In this document: piece after piece, positions 10,468-19,757 of the stretch | Layout: the number at the start of each line of letters is the position of its first letter | Position numbering within the stretch: the stretch's first letter is position 1 | Origin: a virus | Taxonomy: Duplodnaviria; Caudoviricetes | Length of the DNA stretch: 64,000 nucleotides | Direction: 5' to 3' (one strand) | Virus record (IMG/VR): IMGVR_UViG_642791618_000001 | Coordinates: 14,958 to 78,957 of that record | Translations under genes and position numbers: made by a program | The notes under the pieces: model-generated | What the model saw: only the letters and a program-made list of their open reading frames with translations | Told to the model about the DNA's origin: nothing | Database searches by the model: none

Positions 10468-10827
10468 GTGAAGCTCCTACGTCATCGAGACGCCATTCCG
10501 CCGTCCCGGCTCGAACGGAAGTTCTTCCTCTTCTGGCAATCGCTGGGCGGCCCCGATCTAAAACGCGAGTTCCGATTCCACCAGACGCGCAAATGGCGCG
10601 CGGATTTCGCCCACATCGAGAGCCGCACCCTCATCGAGATCGAGGGCGGCATCTACATCCAGGGCCGACATAACCGTCCGCAGGGCTTCGCTGCGGACGC
10701 CGAGAAGTATCTCGAAGCGGCCCTCGACGGCTGGTGCGTTCTTCGCCTGACCGAGCTTCAGATCACCGCTTCCACCGTTGAGCGGATCATCGCGCTCATC
10801 CAAACGGCAGGTGTAAAGTCGGTGTAA
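10468..10827 (+). CDS. DUF559-like PD-(D/E)XK endonuclease (possible resolvase)
   Basis: REFRFH..RKWRADF, IEIEGG, GRH, D.EKY..A...GW.VLR. Confidence 0.75.
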   Translation: MKLLRHRDAIPPSRLERKFFLFWQSLGGPDLKREFRFHQTRKWRADFAHIESRTLIEIEGGIYIQGRHNRPQGFAADAEKYLEAALDGWCVLRLTELQITASTVERIIALIQTAGVKSV

Positions 10828-10849
10828 AGTCAGAGCCCAACTTTACACC
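10810..10849. repeat. GGTGTAAAGTC tandem pair plus an inverted copy
   Basis: Direct copies at 10810-10820 and 10821-10831; inverted ACTTTACACC at 10840-10849. Confidence 0.6.
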
Positions 10850-11120
10850 TTTTGGAGGCTCGTTTTGGCCACGTTTCCGGCCAGATATATCCGGTATAAA
10901 CGGCTCATCAAAAGCACTTTGTAATCGCGTTTTCAGTGCGTAGCAGGCCGATTTTGCGACGACAAAAAGTGGAAGGTTCAAAAACACTTCCTCATAGGAT
11001 TTGAGTGATGGTCGCCTCACCCAAGTGCCAGAACGAACTCGGGAATAGATTTCCTCCTCACCGCAGTCGTAAACGGAAAATCGCCTCGCCGTCTGCTGAG
11101 TTTCCGCCAAAGTAGGGGAA

Positions 11121-12293
11121 ATGTCACAGGCGGATTCTATTGGAGCCTTAACACTCAACCTGCTGGGACGCAAGTTTCGGCAGGGGCGGCCACTATTTGC
11201 TCCCCCGGCTCAGTCGGTGCGCAGTTATGGGGCCGCGTACGCCGAAATCTGGTTCCCATCTGGGGGATGCCACTTCGACGCGAAGGGCGAATGCACAATG
11301 TGCAATTATGGGCGTTCGAGGAAGGTCAGCGCCGCGACGATGATTGAGGCGGTACGGGCGGGACTCGCCAGTCTGCCAATAATCCCAAAAACTTTATGGG
11401 TGAGTGCGTTCAATGTCTTGGACGATCGCGAAGTCTCCCCGGAAGCGCGCCGCGGTATTTTTGCCGTGCTCGAAACTACGCCGGTGGAGCGTGTGTTGCT
11501 CGAGACGCATCCGTTGAGTGTAACCACAGAGAAGATCCAAGAATTGCAGGCTTTAATTCCTGGAAAATCCCTCGGCATCGAACTTGGGATTGAAACGATG
11601 GCAGATTTCGCGCGCAAGTGGTGTATAAACAAGCAACTTACGAAACAAGAGATTCGGCACGCGATCGCGACCATCCAGGCGGCGGGCGCAATTCCCTATG
11701 TAAATCTTTTAATCGGCACGCCTTTCCTCTCGGCGGCCGAATGCCTCCGCGAGACTCGGGCTTCCATTGAGGCCCTGTTGGCGCTCGGCGTCCGCGACAT
11801 CTGTCTTTTTCCCACCCATGTCAAAGAATTCACAGTCGTCGAGCAACTTGCCCGCCTCAACCTTTACCAACCACTTCCGCTGTGGGCACTGGTAGAGTTG
11901 CTCGTAAGCGTGCCTCCCGAGACCAGATGTAGTCTTTACTACGCTTGGGTGACCGATGTCGACCATCCCGGAAAGCCGGTCTCCATCCCCCCGCGCACAG
12001 GAGCCGAGGTCTACGCCGACGTCGTCTCTTTGCTTTATGCGTACTTGGCGACGCGTGACGACGAGCAGATCGCGAGACTCGCTGCTTTACGAACGCCGTG
12101 CCGTGATGAGTTTTGCACCCGCCTCGCGCAGAAGCCCGCTTCGCCGCTGCCGCAACGCATTCTGGAAGGGGTCGAGGCACTTTGCGGAAGTGCCTTGCCT
12201 GGTCACTTCGAACGCTACAAGCAGGAAATCATTCAGGAAATTACGAATGACTGGGAAATCGCGTGCCAAGAAACGCACCATCAACTATGTTAA
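11121..12293 (+). CDS. Radical SAM protein, RaSEA/TIGR01210-like (copy 1)
   Basis: CX7CX2C motif GGCHFDAKGECTMCNYG, LLETHP, IELGIET, YVNLLIG. Confidence 0.8.
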   Translation: MSQADSIGALTLNLLGRKFRQGRPLFAPPAQSVRSYGAAYAEIWFPSGGCHFDAKGECTMCNYGRSRKVSAATMIEAVRAGLASLPIIPKTLWVSAFNVLDDREVSPEARRGIFAVLETTPVERVLLETHPLSVTTEKIQELQALIPGKSLGIELGIETMADFARKWCINKQLTKQEIRHAIATIQAAGAIPYVNLLIGTPFLSAAECLRETRASIEALLALGVRDICLFPTHVKEFTVVEQLARLNLYQPLPLWALVELLVSVPPETRCSLYYAWVTDVDHPGKPVSIPPRTGAEVYADVVSLLYAYLATRDDEQIARLAALRTPCRDEFCTRLAQKPASPLPQRILEGVEALCGSALPGHFERYKQEIIQEITNDWEIACQETHHQLC

Positions 12294-12733
12294 CAATGCG
12301 CTCAGCCGCCGAACACGAGGTTCCGACACTGCATCGGCTCGGTCTGTCGAGCTTTCAAAATCGGGATCGTTTCGATTGGGGTTGGACTGAGGAGTATTTG
12401 CAGTACCTGCTGAGCACTTCAAGCGGGTTCCTCCACGTGGCGGAGGTTGCCGGAGAACCGCAGATCGTTGGTTTGCATTGCGGTGTCTGGAACTACCCGG
12501 AATGCCGGGAGGACCAGTGCCGCTTTTATTGGCTGTACATCGACAGCCGATTTCGCCGGCGCGGAATCGGAACACAGTTGATTCAGTATTCGCTAGCGCG
12601 CGCCGCAGAAAGAGGCAAGCGGAGCGCCATCGTGGGAATATGGGGTTCGGATGAGCCGGCGAGGCAGGTCGTTGAGCACCTCGGTTTTCAGCAAGTGGAA
12701 ACGTTGAATCTGATGCGTCTCACGCTGGATTAA
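12287..12733 (+). CDS. GNAT N-acetyltransferase
   Basis: LYIDSRFRRRGIGTQL acetyl-CoA motif; C-terminal HLGFQ. Confidence 0.85.
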   Translation: MLTMRSAAEHEVPTLHRLGLSSFQNRDRFDWGWTEEYLQYLLSTSSGFLHVAEVAGEPQIVGLHCGVWNYPECREDQCRFYWLYIDSRFRRRGIGTQLIQYSLARAAERGKRSAIVGIWGSDEPARQVVEHLGFQQVETLNLMRLTLD

Positions 12734-12781
12734 ACGAGTTGGAGACAATAGGCTGCTTGTCTTCCACCAATCTTTTCCCAA

Positions 12782-13738
12782 GTGAGTTCTACATCCGGCC
12801 CATCCCCAATTTTGATCGCGGAAACCCCGCTGCACGCCGCGGAAAATTATCACCCGCCGGGAAACTTGTTTGTGAAGCTCGAGGGCGAGCAGCCTACGGG
12901 CAGCATCAAGCATCGTGCGGCAGTTTTCATGCTAGAAGCAACTCGCCGCGAACTGCAAGATGCCAAACTGGAGCTCATCGAGTCGACCTCTGGCAATCTC
13001 GGTGTTGCGCTCGGCTCGCTTGCACCTCATTACGGATACGAACTTCTCTGCATTGTGGACCAGTTGATTCCGTCCTCGAAACTCGATAGGCTGCAGCGGG
13101 TCGCAAAAATTCAGAGTGTTCCGGCGACCGGTCATTCCGATGCGCGTGCCGCCCGTATTGCTTTGGCGGAGGAGCTAAGCCATCGCCCGGGCTATTTTTG
13201 GGTCAACCAGTATGCCAGCGAATCCAACCGGCGCGCGCATCTCGAATCGACCGGGCCAGAGCTCTCGCGTCAGGTCGGAGCTTCATTGAGGTGGCTCGTC
13301 TGTTCCATCGGCTCGGGCGGCACGGCCTGCGGTTTGGCCGCTTGGTTCGCTCGCCAGAATCCCGCCGTCTCCGTGGTTGCCGTGGAACCTTGGGGGTCCA
13401 CCATTTTCGGAACGCACGCGGCACCTTACCTCTCCGTCGGAGCGGGCTTGCACGAACCGAGCGCCATCGTGAAGCGGTGGGGCAGTCCGCTGGCAGCTCA
13501 TGCGCAGGTACCGGATTCTGCGGCCATCTCCGAGGTTAAGCGTTTCCAGGAACTCGAAGGAATCGCCCTTGGCATTACCTCCGGCGCTTGTCTAGCCATC
13601 GCCCGGCAGCTGGCCGCTTCGCACCCGGGGGACATGGTCGTCGCGCTCTCGGCCGATTACGGAACGGCTTATCGCGATATCATCGACGCCGGCCAAATCA
13701 TCGACCGCTATCCCTTCCCCATAAACTCACTCAAATAG
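12782..13738 (+). CDS. PLP-dependent cysteine synthase family enzyme (SbnA-like)
   Basis: VKLEGEQPTGSIKHR (PLP lysine), ESTSGNLG, NQY, GSGGT, GITSGA. Confidence 0.85.
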   Translation: MSSTSGPSPILIAETPLHAAENYHPPGNLFVKLEGEQPTGSIKHRAAVFMLEATRRELQDAKLELIESTSGNLGVALGSLAPHYGYELLCIVDQLIPSSKLDRLQRVAKIQSVPATGHSDARAARIALAEELSHRPGYFWVNQYASESNRRAHLESTGPELSRQVGASLRWLVCSIGSGGTACGLAAWFARQNPAVSVVAVEPWGSTIFGTHAAPYLSVGAGLHEPSAIVKRWGSPLAAHAQVPDSAAISEVKRFQELEGIALGITSGACLAIARQLAASHPGDMVVALSADYGTAYRDIIDAGQIIDRYPFPINSLK

Positions 13739-16005
13739 TGCGCCCGCCGTCCACCGATCAACTTTCCGTCACGGGGGTACGACTTCACAACCTGAAGAGC
13801 GTTTCTGTCTCGATTCCACATTTTCGGCATACCGTCTGCACCGGTGTCTCGGGTTGCGGCAAGAGTTCCTTAGTTTTCGACTGCATTTACGCCCTGTGCG
13901 AATACGAGTTGCTGCAGTCGCTTTCCACATACGCTCGCGGCGCCATCCCACTGCCTGTCGTGCCGGACGTTGAGCACGCAAGCGGGTTGCTCCCACCGGT
14001 TGTAATCGATCAAGCGGACTTGGGACGAAACCCGCGGTCAACCATCGGTACTTCTACGGAAGCCTACACGTTTCTACGGCTTCTTTTCGCCCGTGCCGCC
14101 GTGCCGGTGCTCGACGCCAGTGCGTTCTCCTTCAATTCTCCCGAAGGAGCGTGTCCGGCTTGCCGTGGGCTCGGCCAGATTTTGACGCCAGATCCGGAAC
14201 GCCTTTTCGATCTCTCCAAATCGCTCGGCGAAGGCGCCATCCGACACCGCGCGTGGAAGGTTGGAGGCCGGTACTGGAACATCATCAAAGCCACAGAGTT
14301 TTTTGAGATGGACGCTCCTCTCGGTCAGTGGCCCAAGGAAAAGCTCGATCACCTTATGCACGCGGCCCCGGCCGAAGTTGCCAACCGTGTGCCCGGATTC
14401 GTTCAACGGTTTACCTTTGAGGGGGTGGTTGAACGCCTCCGCGAGCGGCTCGCCGACGATCGCGGACTCGATTCGGCGGACTACGACGCGCAGTTCTTCA
14501 CAACACAGTGGTGCGCGACCTGCGGGGGAACAAGGCTCCAGCAGAGGGCGCTGGCCTGCCGTCTGAATGGACTCAATATCGCCGATGCAGCGGGGCTTGC
14601 TGTTCCAGAACTGAAGAACTTCGTCCGCAGCCTGGAGATGAGCACCCTCGCCACCGTCGTCGATTCGCTAAGTCGCATCCTGGAAAACCTGGAGATGGTG
14701 GAACTCAGTTACCTCACCTTGGATCGCCCTATTACCACCGTTTCCGGTGGCGAAATGCAGCGGATCAAGATTGCGCGGGAGCTGGGTTCCCGTTTGATGG
14801 GCATACTCTATATTCTCGATGAGCCTTCGAGGGGTCTTCACGCCAAGAACGTCGAGGCGGTGAATTCGATAATCACCAAACTCAAAGAGCGGGGGAATAC
14901 GATCCTGAGTGTCGAGCACAACCGCGCGGTCGTGGAGTTGGCTGATAACATCGTCGAACTCGGTCCTGGCGCCGGCTCGCGGGGTGGCCAAATCACCGAG
15001 ACGGGAACTCCAGCGGATTTCAAAAACAGCAGCGGGCCGACGGGCAGGCTCCTATCTGCGGCGAAGCAGCACATCTCACCGCCCCCGCCGAAAGCGTTTA
15101 CTGAGTGGCACTTTTTTAGCGATTTGCGGCGCAATAACTTGAAGATTGAGAAACTCAAAATTCCGCGCGCGGCACTCACTTGCCTCGTGGGGGTTTCTGG
15201 CGCAGGAAAATCGTCACTCCTGGAGGAGATGCAGTTACGCGATCCCGCTAGCGTGCGCGTGGCTCAGCGGCAGATCGGAGCGTCCGTGCGCTCGAACGTC
15301 TGCACCTATCTCAATTTTTTCGACGAAATTCGCAATCTGTTCGCCAAGAAAGCAAATGCGTCCGCAAGCCTTTTCGCGTTCAACAGTGACGGCGCTTGTC
15401 CCGAGTGCGGCGGACGCGGCAGCATCACTCTCGATCTCCACTTTCTGGGCAGCGCAATGGCACCCTGTCGCACCTGCAATGGAAAACGCTACCGGGCCGA
15501 AGTCCTTGGGTATACTTGGCAGGACCGCAACATCTCCGAAGTCTTGGAACTTCCTGTAGAGGAGGCCGCCACTTTTTTCCGGGAAGGGAAGAAAATCCGC
15601 AGCGCGCTGGAGTTGCTCTTGGGATGTGGCCTGGGCTATATCCGGCTTGGGCAGTCGCTGGACACCTTTTCCGGCGGCGAACTGCAAAGAGTGAAGTTGA
15701 TTTATGGTCTGAACGATCCCACTGCTCTCTATCTGCTTGATGAGCCGTCGCGCGGGTTGCATCCGGACGACATCGAACGCATCGTCTCTTTGCTACGTAC
15801 GCTCACTGCTCGCGGCAAGACCGTGGTTGCCTCGGAACACTCGTTGGATCTGGTTGCTCGCGCAGACTGGGTGGTGGAATTGGGACCCGGGGCAGCCAAT
15901 GCCGGCGGGAAGGTGATCGCTGCTGGCACGGTTCGAGAGATCATAAGAGCGACGACAAGCATCACCGCGCAATATCTTAAGTCCTATGTCAGACCTGGAA
16001 CTTGA
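13738..16005 (+). CDS. Class II UvrA-like protein (DrrC/Ecm16 type, no UvrB-binding domain)
   Basis: Two ABC NBDs (GVSGCGKSS, SGGEMQR, LDEPS; GVSGAGKSS, SGGELQR, LDEPS) and Zn fingers. Only ~10 aa separate LLFARA from FSFNSPEGAC. About 755 aa. Confidence 0.88.
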   Translation: MRPPSTDQLSVTGVRLHNLKSVSVSIPHFRHTVCTGVSGCGKSSLVFDCIYALCEYELLQSLSTYARGAIPLPVVPDVEHASGLLPPVVIDQADLGRNPRSTIGTSTEAYTFLRLLFARAAVPVLDASAFSFNSPEGACPACRGLGQILTPDPERLFDLSKSLGEGAIRHRAWKVGGRYWNIIKATEFFEMDAPLGQWPKEKLDHLMHAAPAEVANRVPGFVQRFTFEGVVERLRERLADDRGLDSADYDAQFFTTQWCATCGGTRLQQRALACRLNGLNIADAAGLAVPELKNFVRSLEMSTLATVVDSLSRILENLEMVELSYLTLDRPITTVSGGEMQRIKIARELGSRLMGILYILDEPSRGLHAKNVEAVNSIITKLKERGNTILSVEHNRAVVELADNIVELGPGAGSRGGQITETGTPADFKNSSGPTGRLLSAAKQHISPPPPKAFTEWHFFSDLRRNNLKIEKLKIPRAALTCLVGVSGAGKSSLLEEMQLRDPASVRVAQRQIGASVRSNVCTYLNFFDEIRNLFAKKANASASLFAFNSDGACPECGGRGSITLDLHFLGSAMAPCRTCNGKRYRAEVLGYTWQDRNISEVLELPVEEAATFFREGKKIRSALELLLGCGLGYIRLGQSLDTFSGGELQRVKLIYGLNDPTALYLLDEPSRGLHPDDIERIVSLLRTLTARGKTVVASEHSLDLVARADWVVELGPGAANAGGKVIAAGTVREIIRATTSITAQYLKSYVRPGT

Positions 16006-16798
16006 GGGCTCGCCGGCAGTGGCTCTGGCCGACTACGATTCGATTGCGCGCGTGTACGATCTCTGGGCCTCTTGCGATCCAGCTTCCAAGCCGTGCTGGG
16101 ATTTCTATCGCAGGGAAGTGACGCGTCATGGTGGAGTTTGCCTCGAAGTCGGCGTGGGAACCGGTGCTGTCATGCTTGGGGCGGGTCCTACCGTCGCTCA
16201 CTATTACGGGATCGATCTTTCCCGCAGCATGCTCGCAGAACTGGAAACAAAACGGGCTAGCCTGCCTCCTCTCCCTTTCTCCTACACACTCATCCATGGC
16301 GACGTTCGACAAATCCGGCTGAGCGGCCCCCCGCCAACGCTAGCGATTGTTCCCTTTCGCACTGTGGGGCATTTTCTGACTGCAGACTCTAGGATAGCTC
16401 TGTTGCGCCACTTACGGGAAATCTGTGCGCCGGGAGCACGCTGCATCCTCGATCACTACAAGTTTAACCTGAAGTGGGCTCAGCAGCACGATCGCGTTAC
16501 CCGATGGATGGGCGAGGGAACCATCAATGGCCAAACTTTCGTACTCTCGGACACGTATGCTTATGATTTCGCGCGCCGCGAGATGGAATGTCTGCTCTGC
16601 GTGGAGGAGATCGCCAGGCATGGGACGGTGGTGAACAAGCGATACAGCGCGTTTCGTTTTTCGTGGCTCGAAGACGACGAAGTCTATCGCTACGCGGAAA
16701 TAGCGGGGTGGCGGGTCGAGCAACGGTGGGGTGACTTTGAGTATTCCGATTTCTCCGGCGACGCGAAAGACCAGGTCTGGCTCTTACGTGCGCCATGA
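15986..16798 (+). CDS. Class I SAM-dependent methyltransferase
   Basis: LEVGVGTG, GIDLSRSML, HGDVR. Confidence 0.88.
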   Translation: MSDLELEGSPAVALADYDSIARVYDLWASCDPASKPCWDFYRREVTRHGGVCLEVGVGTGAVMLGAGPTVAHYYGIDLSRSMLAELETKRASLPPLPFSYTLIHGDVRQIRLSGPPPTLAIVPFRTVGHFLTADSRIALLRHLREICAPGARCILDHYKFNLKWAQQHDRVTRWMGEGTINGQTFVLSDTYAYDFARREMECLLCVEEIARHGTVVNKRYSAFRFSWLEDDEVYRYAEIAGWRVEQRWGDFEYSDFSGDAKDQVWLLRAP

Positions 16799-17706
16799 GG
16801 CCGAACGATTGCTACTCGCTCGCCCGTACATCGGCCCGGAGTTCCACATTCCTGTCCCTGCTAGCGCATGCAACTGGCTTGCCTGGAGCAGCCGTTTGGA
16901 CAGGATACCTGGCTTCGTTGAGTCTCGATCTGGATCTCCCTCGGCGCTGGCTTGCCTCCTGCGTGCCCTATCTCGATCTACTTTTACAGGCCATGGCCTA
17001 CATGCCTTCCGGCGCGTCCGTTGGCGAGGTCGAGTCGGGGCAGATCGATGATTTGGCCCGTGGCTTTTCGACCGGCGAACACCTCATTCTCGGTCCCTTG
17101 GACAGAAGTTCCTTGTGCGGACGACCGGCGCCTTTGCTATGGGAAGGCGCGCCAACTTTTGTGCAAATCATAGGGTGCGAAGAAAATACGGGCGCGATGA
17201 TCCTTCGCCTACCGGGGACGCATTCGCTTTGCAGCTTGTCCGCAGAGGCATTGGTAGCGCCGCCGGGAATGCGGAGCGCGTGGTTTGCTGCCACCCCGCT
17301 TGGCCTACAGGCTTGCGAAGAGCACCTCCGACGCCTTCTGTCCTCCTGCCGTTTGGAGGTAGTTTGCCTTGCGGATCTGGCACGGTGGATGCGTGCGCTG
17401 TGCGAACGAATTGCCGGGTGTCCGCTAACCTCGACGGAAAGGCATTGCCTTCGGGCTGCTCTTCGGGCTCTACAGGAGTGTCTGTGCGATGCTACTCTGT
17501 TTGCGCAGCGGCTCCAAAAGGTGGCGCAGTTTCTGCCGCCTGCCGAGCACGCATTCCTCATCGAACGGGCTGTATCAGCGATGCACCTGCTCGCACGCGC
17601 TCCGTCCGTCCTTGTAGGCTTCGACGTAAATCCAGCGTCCTGGCTGGAGGAGCTTGGGCGCGTGCTGGCGACGACGACGGTGGTGAGACTGGCACCCAAA
17701 CAATAA
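16795..17706 (+). CDS. Hypothetical protein, diverged BtrH/papain-like paralog
   Basis: LILGPLDRSSL aligns with LVGPLDMGLL of 23259-24194. N-terminal NDCY; catalytic His not evident. Confidence 0.4.
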   Translation: MRPNDCYSLARTSARSSTFLSLLAHATGLPGAAVWTGYLASLSLDLDLPRRWLASCVPYLDLLLQAMAYMPSGASVGEVESGQIDDLARGFSTGEHLILGPLDRSSLCGRPAPLLWEGAPTFVQIIGCEENTGAMILRLPGTHSLCSLSAEALVAPPGMRSAWFAATPLGLQACEEHLRRLLSSCRLEVVCLADLARWMRALCERIAGCPLTSTERHCLRAALRALQECLCDATLFAQRLQKVAQFLPPAEHAFLIERAVSAMHLLARAPSVLVGFDVNPASWLEELGRVLATTTVVRLAPKQ

Positions 17707-17707
17707 T

Positions 17708-18325
17708 ATGCCAATTTCCCATGCAAACGTCCTGTTCGGACTGGATTGCGCCAGCGCACCTGTGCGCGGTTCCGTTCCGGCCGAAAACCTGCTGTTGAAG
17801 CTCAATCCTGCGCTGCTTCCGGAAAGCGAACCTGCGGCCATAATTATCGCTGCCGAGGCACCGATACTGTCCGATGCGACAATCTCCTACCAGACACTCG
17901 TGCATCTGCGGCAGCCCCGCGCTTCCTCACTTGTTTTTCTCACGAGCGCCGGTGAAACGCTCGCGATGGCGCTCCTCGCTGCGAGCCTCACACTTGATGG
18001 TGCCGAAGCCGGTGCTTTTGTGCTGGCCTACATTCTTGAAAGCGTCTCCCCCGCTCCTGTCGGCGCGCGGGATTACGAGGCGTTCGCTTTCCTGATCCAT
18101 CGGGTTCCCCCGCCGGACTGCGCCGTGTTGGTGGCGGAACTTAAGGAAGGCACGTCCAAGAGTTTCGCCCGTGAGGTTCTTTCCGCGGCGGCACTGCAGC
18201 GGATTGTCGAGCATGCCCGTGCGGCTCGGCCTCTCAGGCAAACCACGCTGCTAATCGGTCGCGCTCCCGGGTTGGACGGGGAGCAAAAATGTCATTTGCT
18301 GCGCCTACATGAGAAAGAAATGTGA
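17708..18325 (+). CDS. Hypothetical protein, possibly a ketosynthase/chain-length-factor-like fragment
   Basis: SAGETLAMALLAASLTLDG...FVLAYILE weakly resembles the KS N-terminal helix region. Coupled within the operon. Confidence 0.35.
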   Translation: MPISHANVLFGLDCASAPVRGSVPAENLLLKLNPALLPESEPAAIIIAAEAPILSDATISYQTLVHLRQPRASSLVFLTSAGETLAMALLAASLTLDGAEAGAFVLAYILESVSPAPVGARDYEAFAFLIHRVPPPDCAVLVAELKEGTSKSFAREVLSAAALQRIVEHARAARPLRQTTLLIGRAPGLDGEQKCHLLRLHEKEM

Positions 18326-19490
18326 AGCTTTCTGGCAACGATGGGCAGCCGAGCCGGGGAACTTGTCTGCCACGCTCGAAACGCCGAGGTATTTCTATTC
18401 GGGCGAACTGCTCACCCTCGCTTGGCACGCCCTGCACTCGAGTCTGCCCGCGGACGCGCAACTGCTGTACTCGCTGAAGGCCAACCCGCATCCGACGATC
18501 GTACGCTACTTTGCCGAGCACGGTGCGCTTTTCGATGTGGCCAGCCGTGGGGAAATGGAACTGCTCCTGGCGACCCAGGGCTCGCTGCAGCGGGCGGTAT
18601 GGATCAGCCCGTGCAAAAGGGAAGCAGACTATCTCTGGGCGGTGCAACACGGCCTAGGCGCATCCGTGATCGATTCCAGAGAGGAAATAGGCACCGTGCG
18701 CCGGGTTGCGGCGACCCAGCCAGACACCATGCCCAGCTATCTGCTACGCGTTCAGCGACGCGCGGCTTCCGCGGGGACTTCCCTCTGGGCGGACTCGCAG
18801 TTCGGTGTCACTTTGGATGAGGCAATCGAGTTTACGCACACCCTGCGCCGGGACGGGATCCAGATCGCCGGGTTGCACGGCTATTTTGCCTCAAACCTTT
18901 TCGCCGAACAGGAGATTGCCCAAAATACCCAGGACTTGATGGCGCAGGCGCTCACCTGGCAGGCGTCTACTGGCACCTCGATGCGTGTCCTTGACGTCGG
19001 AGGAGGGTTTGGCTGGCCGCTTGGCGTTGAGGACGGCGAGCTTTCGTTACCGAGACTCCGGGACTGCCTAGCCCCCCTGGCCGCGGAGTTTTCCCCAGGC
19101 ACTGCATTGTGGTTCGAATCGGGCCGTTTTCTCACCGCCGGCGCGGGTGTGCTCGTGCTCACCGTGATGAGCGTAAAAGAGCGCCCCGGCACGACCTCCG
19201 TCGTGCTAGACGGCGGAATGAATATCTTCGGCCTTCCCTCGATGCGCCTGGGATTTCGTCCGCTGACGGTGATTCTTCTCGCGCGCGAGTGGGCTGGTCC
19301 CCTGCAGCCGCACACGCTTTTCGGCCCCTTGTGCACCCCGGGGGACAAATTTTGCGAGAAAGTGCTGCTGCCACCGCTTAAGGCCGGTGACCGCTTGGCT
19401 ATTCTGCATGCGGGTGCTTACGGAGCCACGGCGGGGCGCTCTTCATTTCTCTCTTTCCCGGACGCGCACGAAACTGTACTTGCCGGTTGA
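18309..19490 (+). CDS. Fold-type III PLP decarboxylase (LysA/BtrK/SbnH family)
   Basis: YSLKANPH, FDVASRGE, LDVGGGFG, ESGRF, GPLCTPGD, GAYG. Confidence 0.88.
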   Translation: MRKKCEAFWQRWAAEPGNLSATLETPRYFYSGELLTLAWHALHSSLPADAQLLYSLKANPHPTIVRYFAEHGALFDVASRGEMELLLATQGSLQRAVWISPCKREADYLWAVQHGLGASVIDSREEIGTVRRVAATQPDTMPSYLLRVQRRAASAGTSLWADSQFGVTLDEAIEFTHTLRRDGIQIAGLHGYFASNLFAEQEIAQNTQDLMAQALTWQASTGTSMRVLDVGGGFGWPLGVEDGELSLPRLRDCLAPLAAEFSPGTALWFESGRFLTAGAGVLVLTVMSVKERPGTTSVVLDGGMNIFGLPSMRLGFRPLTVILLAREWAGPLQPHTLFGPLCTPGDKFCEKVLLPPLKAGDRLAILHAGAYGATAGRSSFLSFPDAHETVLAG

Positions 19491-19499
19491 CCACATCCC

Positions 19500-19757
19500 A
19501 TGAACGAAGTCACCGAAATCGAAGAGTTGAAGCGGCTGCTTGCGCAACTTGCCCCAGGGAATCAACCCGCGATCCTCTCCCTTGCGCCCGAAGACAAGCT
19601 GCCGTTGGACTCGATGGGAATGGTTAGTTTTGCGGTCGCCTTAGAAGATTATTATGGGCTCAGATTCCGGCCCGATGTCCACGATCTCGTTTCAATTTTT
19701 TCCAACCTGCGGTCGCTTGACGAATTCATCGCTCGCGAACGCCAGGCCGCCACATGA
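19500..19757 (+). CDS. Stand-alone acyl/peptidyl carrier protein
   Basis: 85 aa and acidic; LDSMGMV phosphopantetheine site; ALEDYYGLRF. Confidence 0.85.
   Translation: MNEVTEIEELKRLLAQLAPGNQPAILSLAPEDKLPLDSMGMVSFAVALEDYYGLRFRPDVHDLVSIFSNLRSLDEFIARERQAAT

Noticed and set aside
13738-16005. Housekeeping uvrA
   Set aside because: Too short, lacks the UvrB-binding insert, and is coupled to biosynthetic genes.
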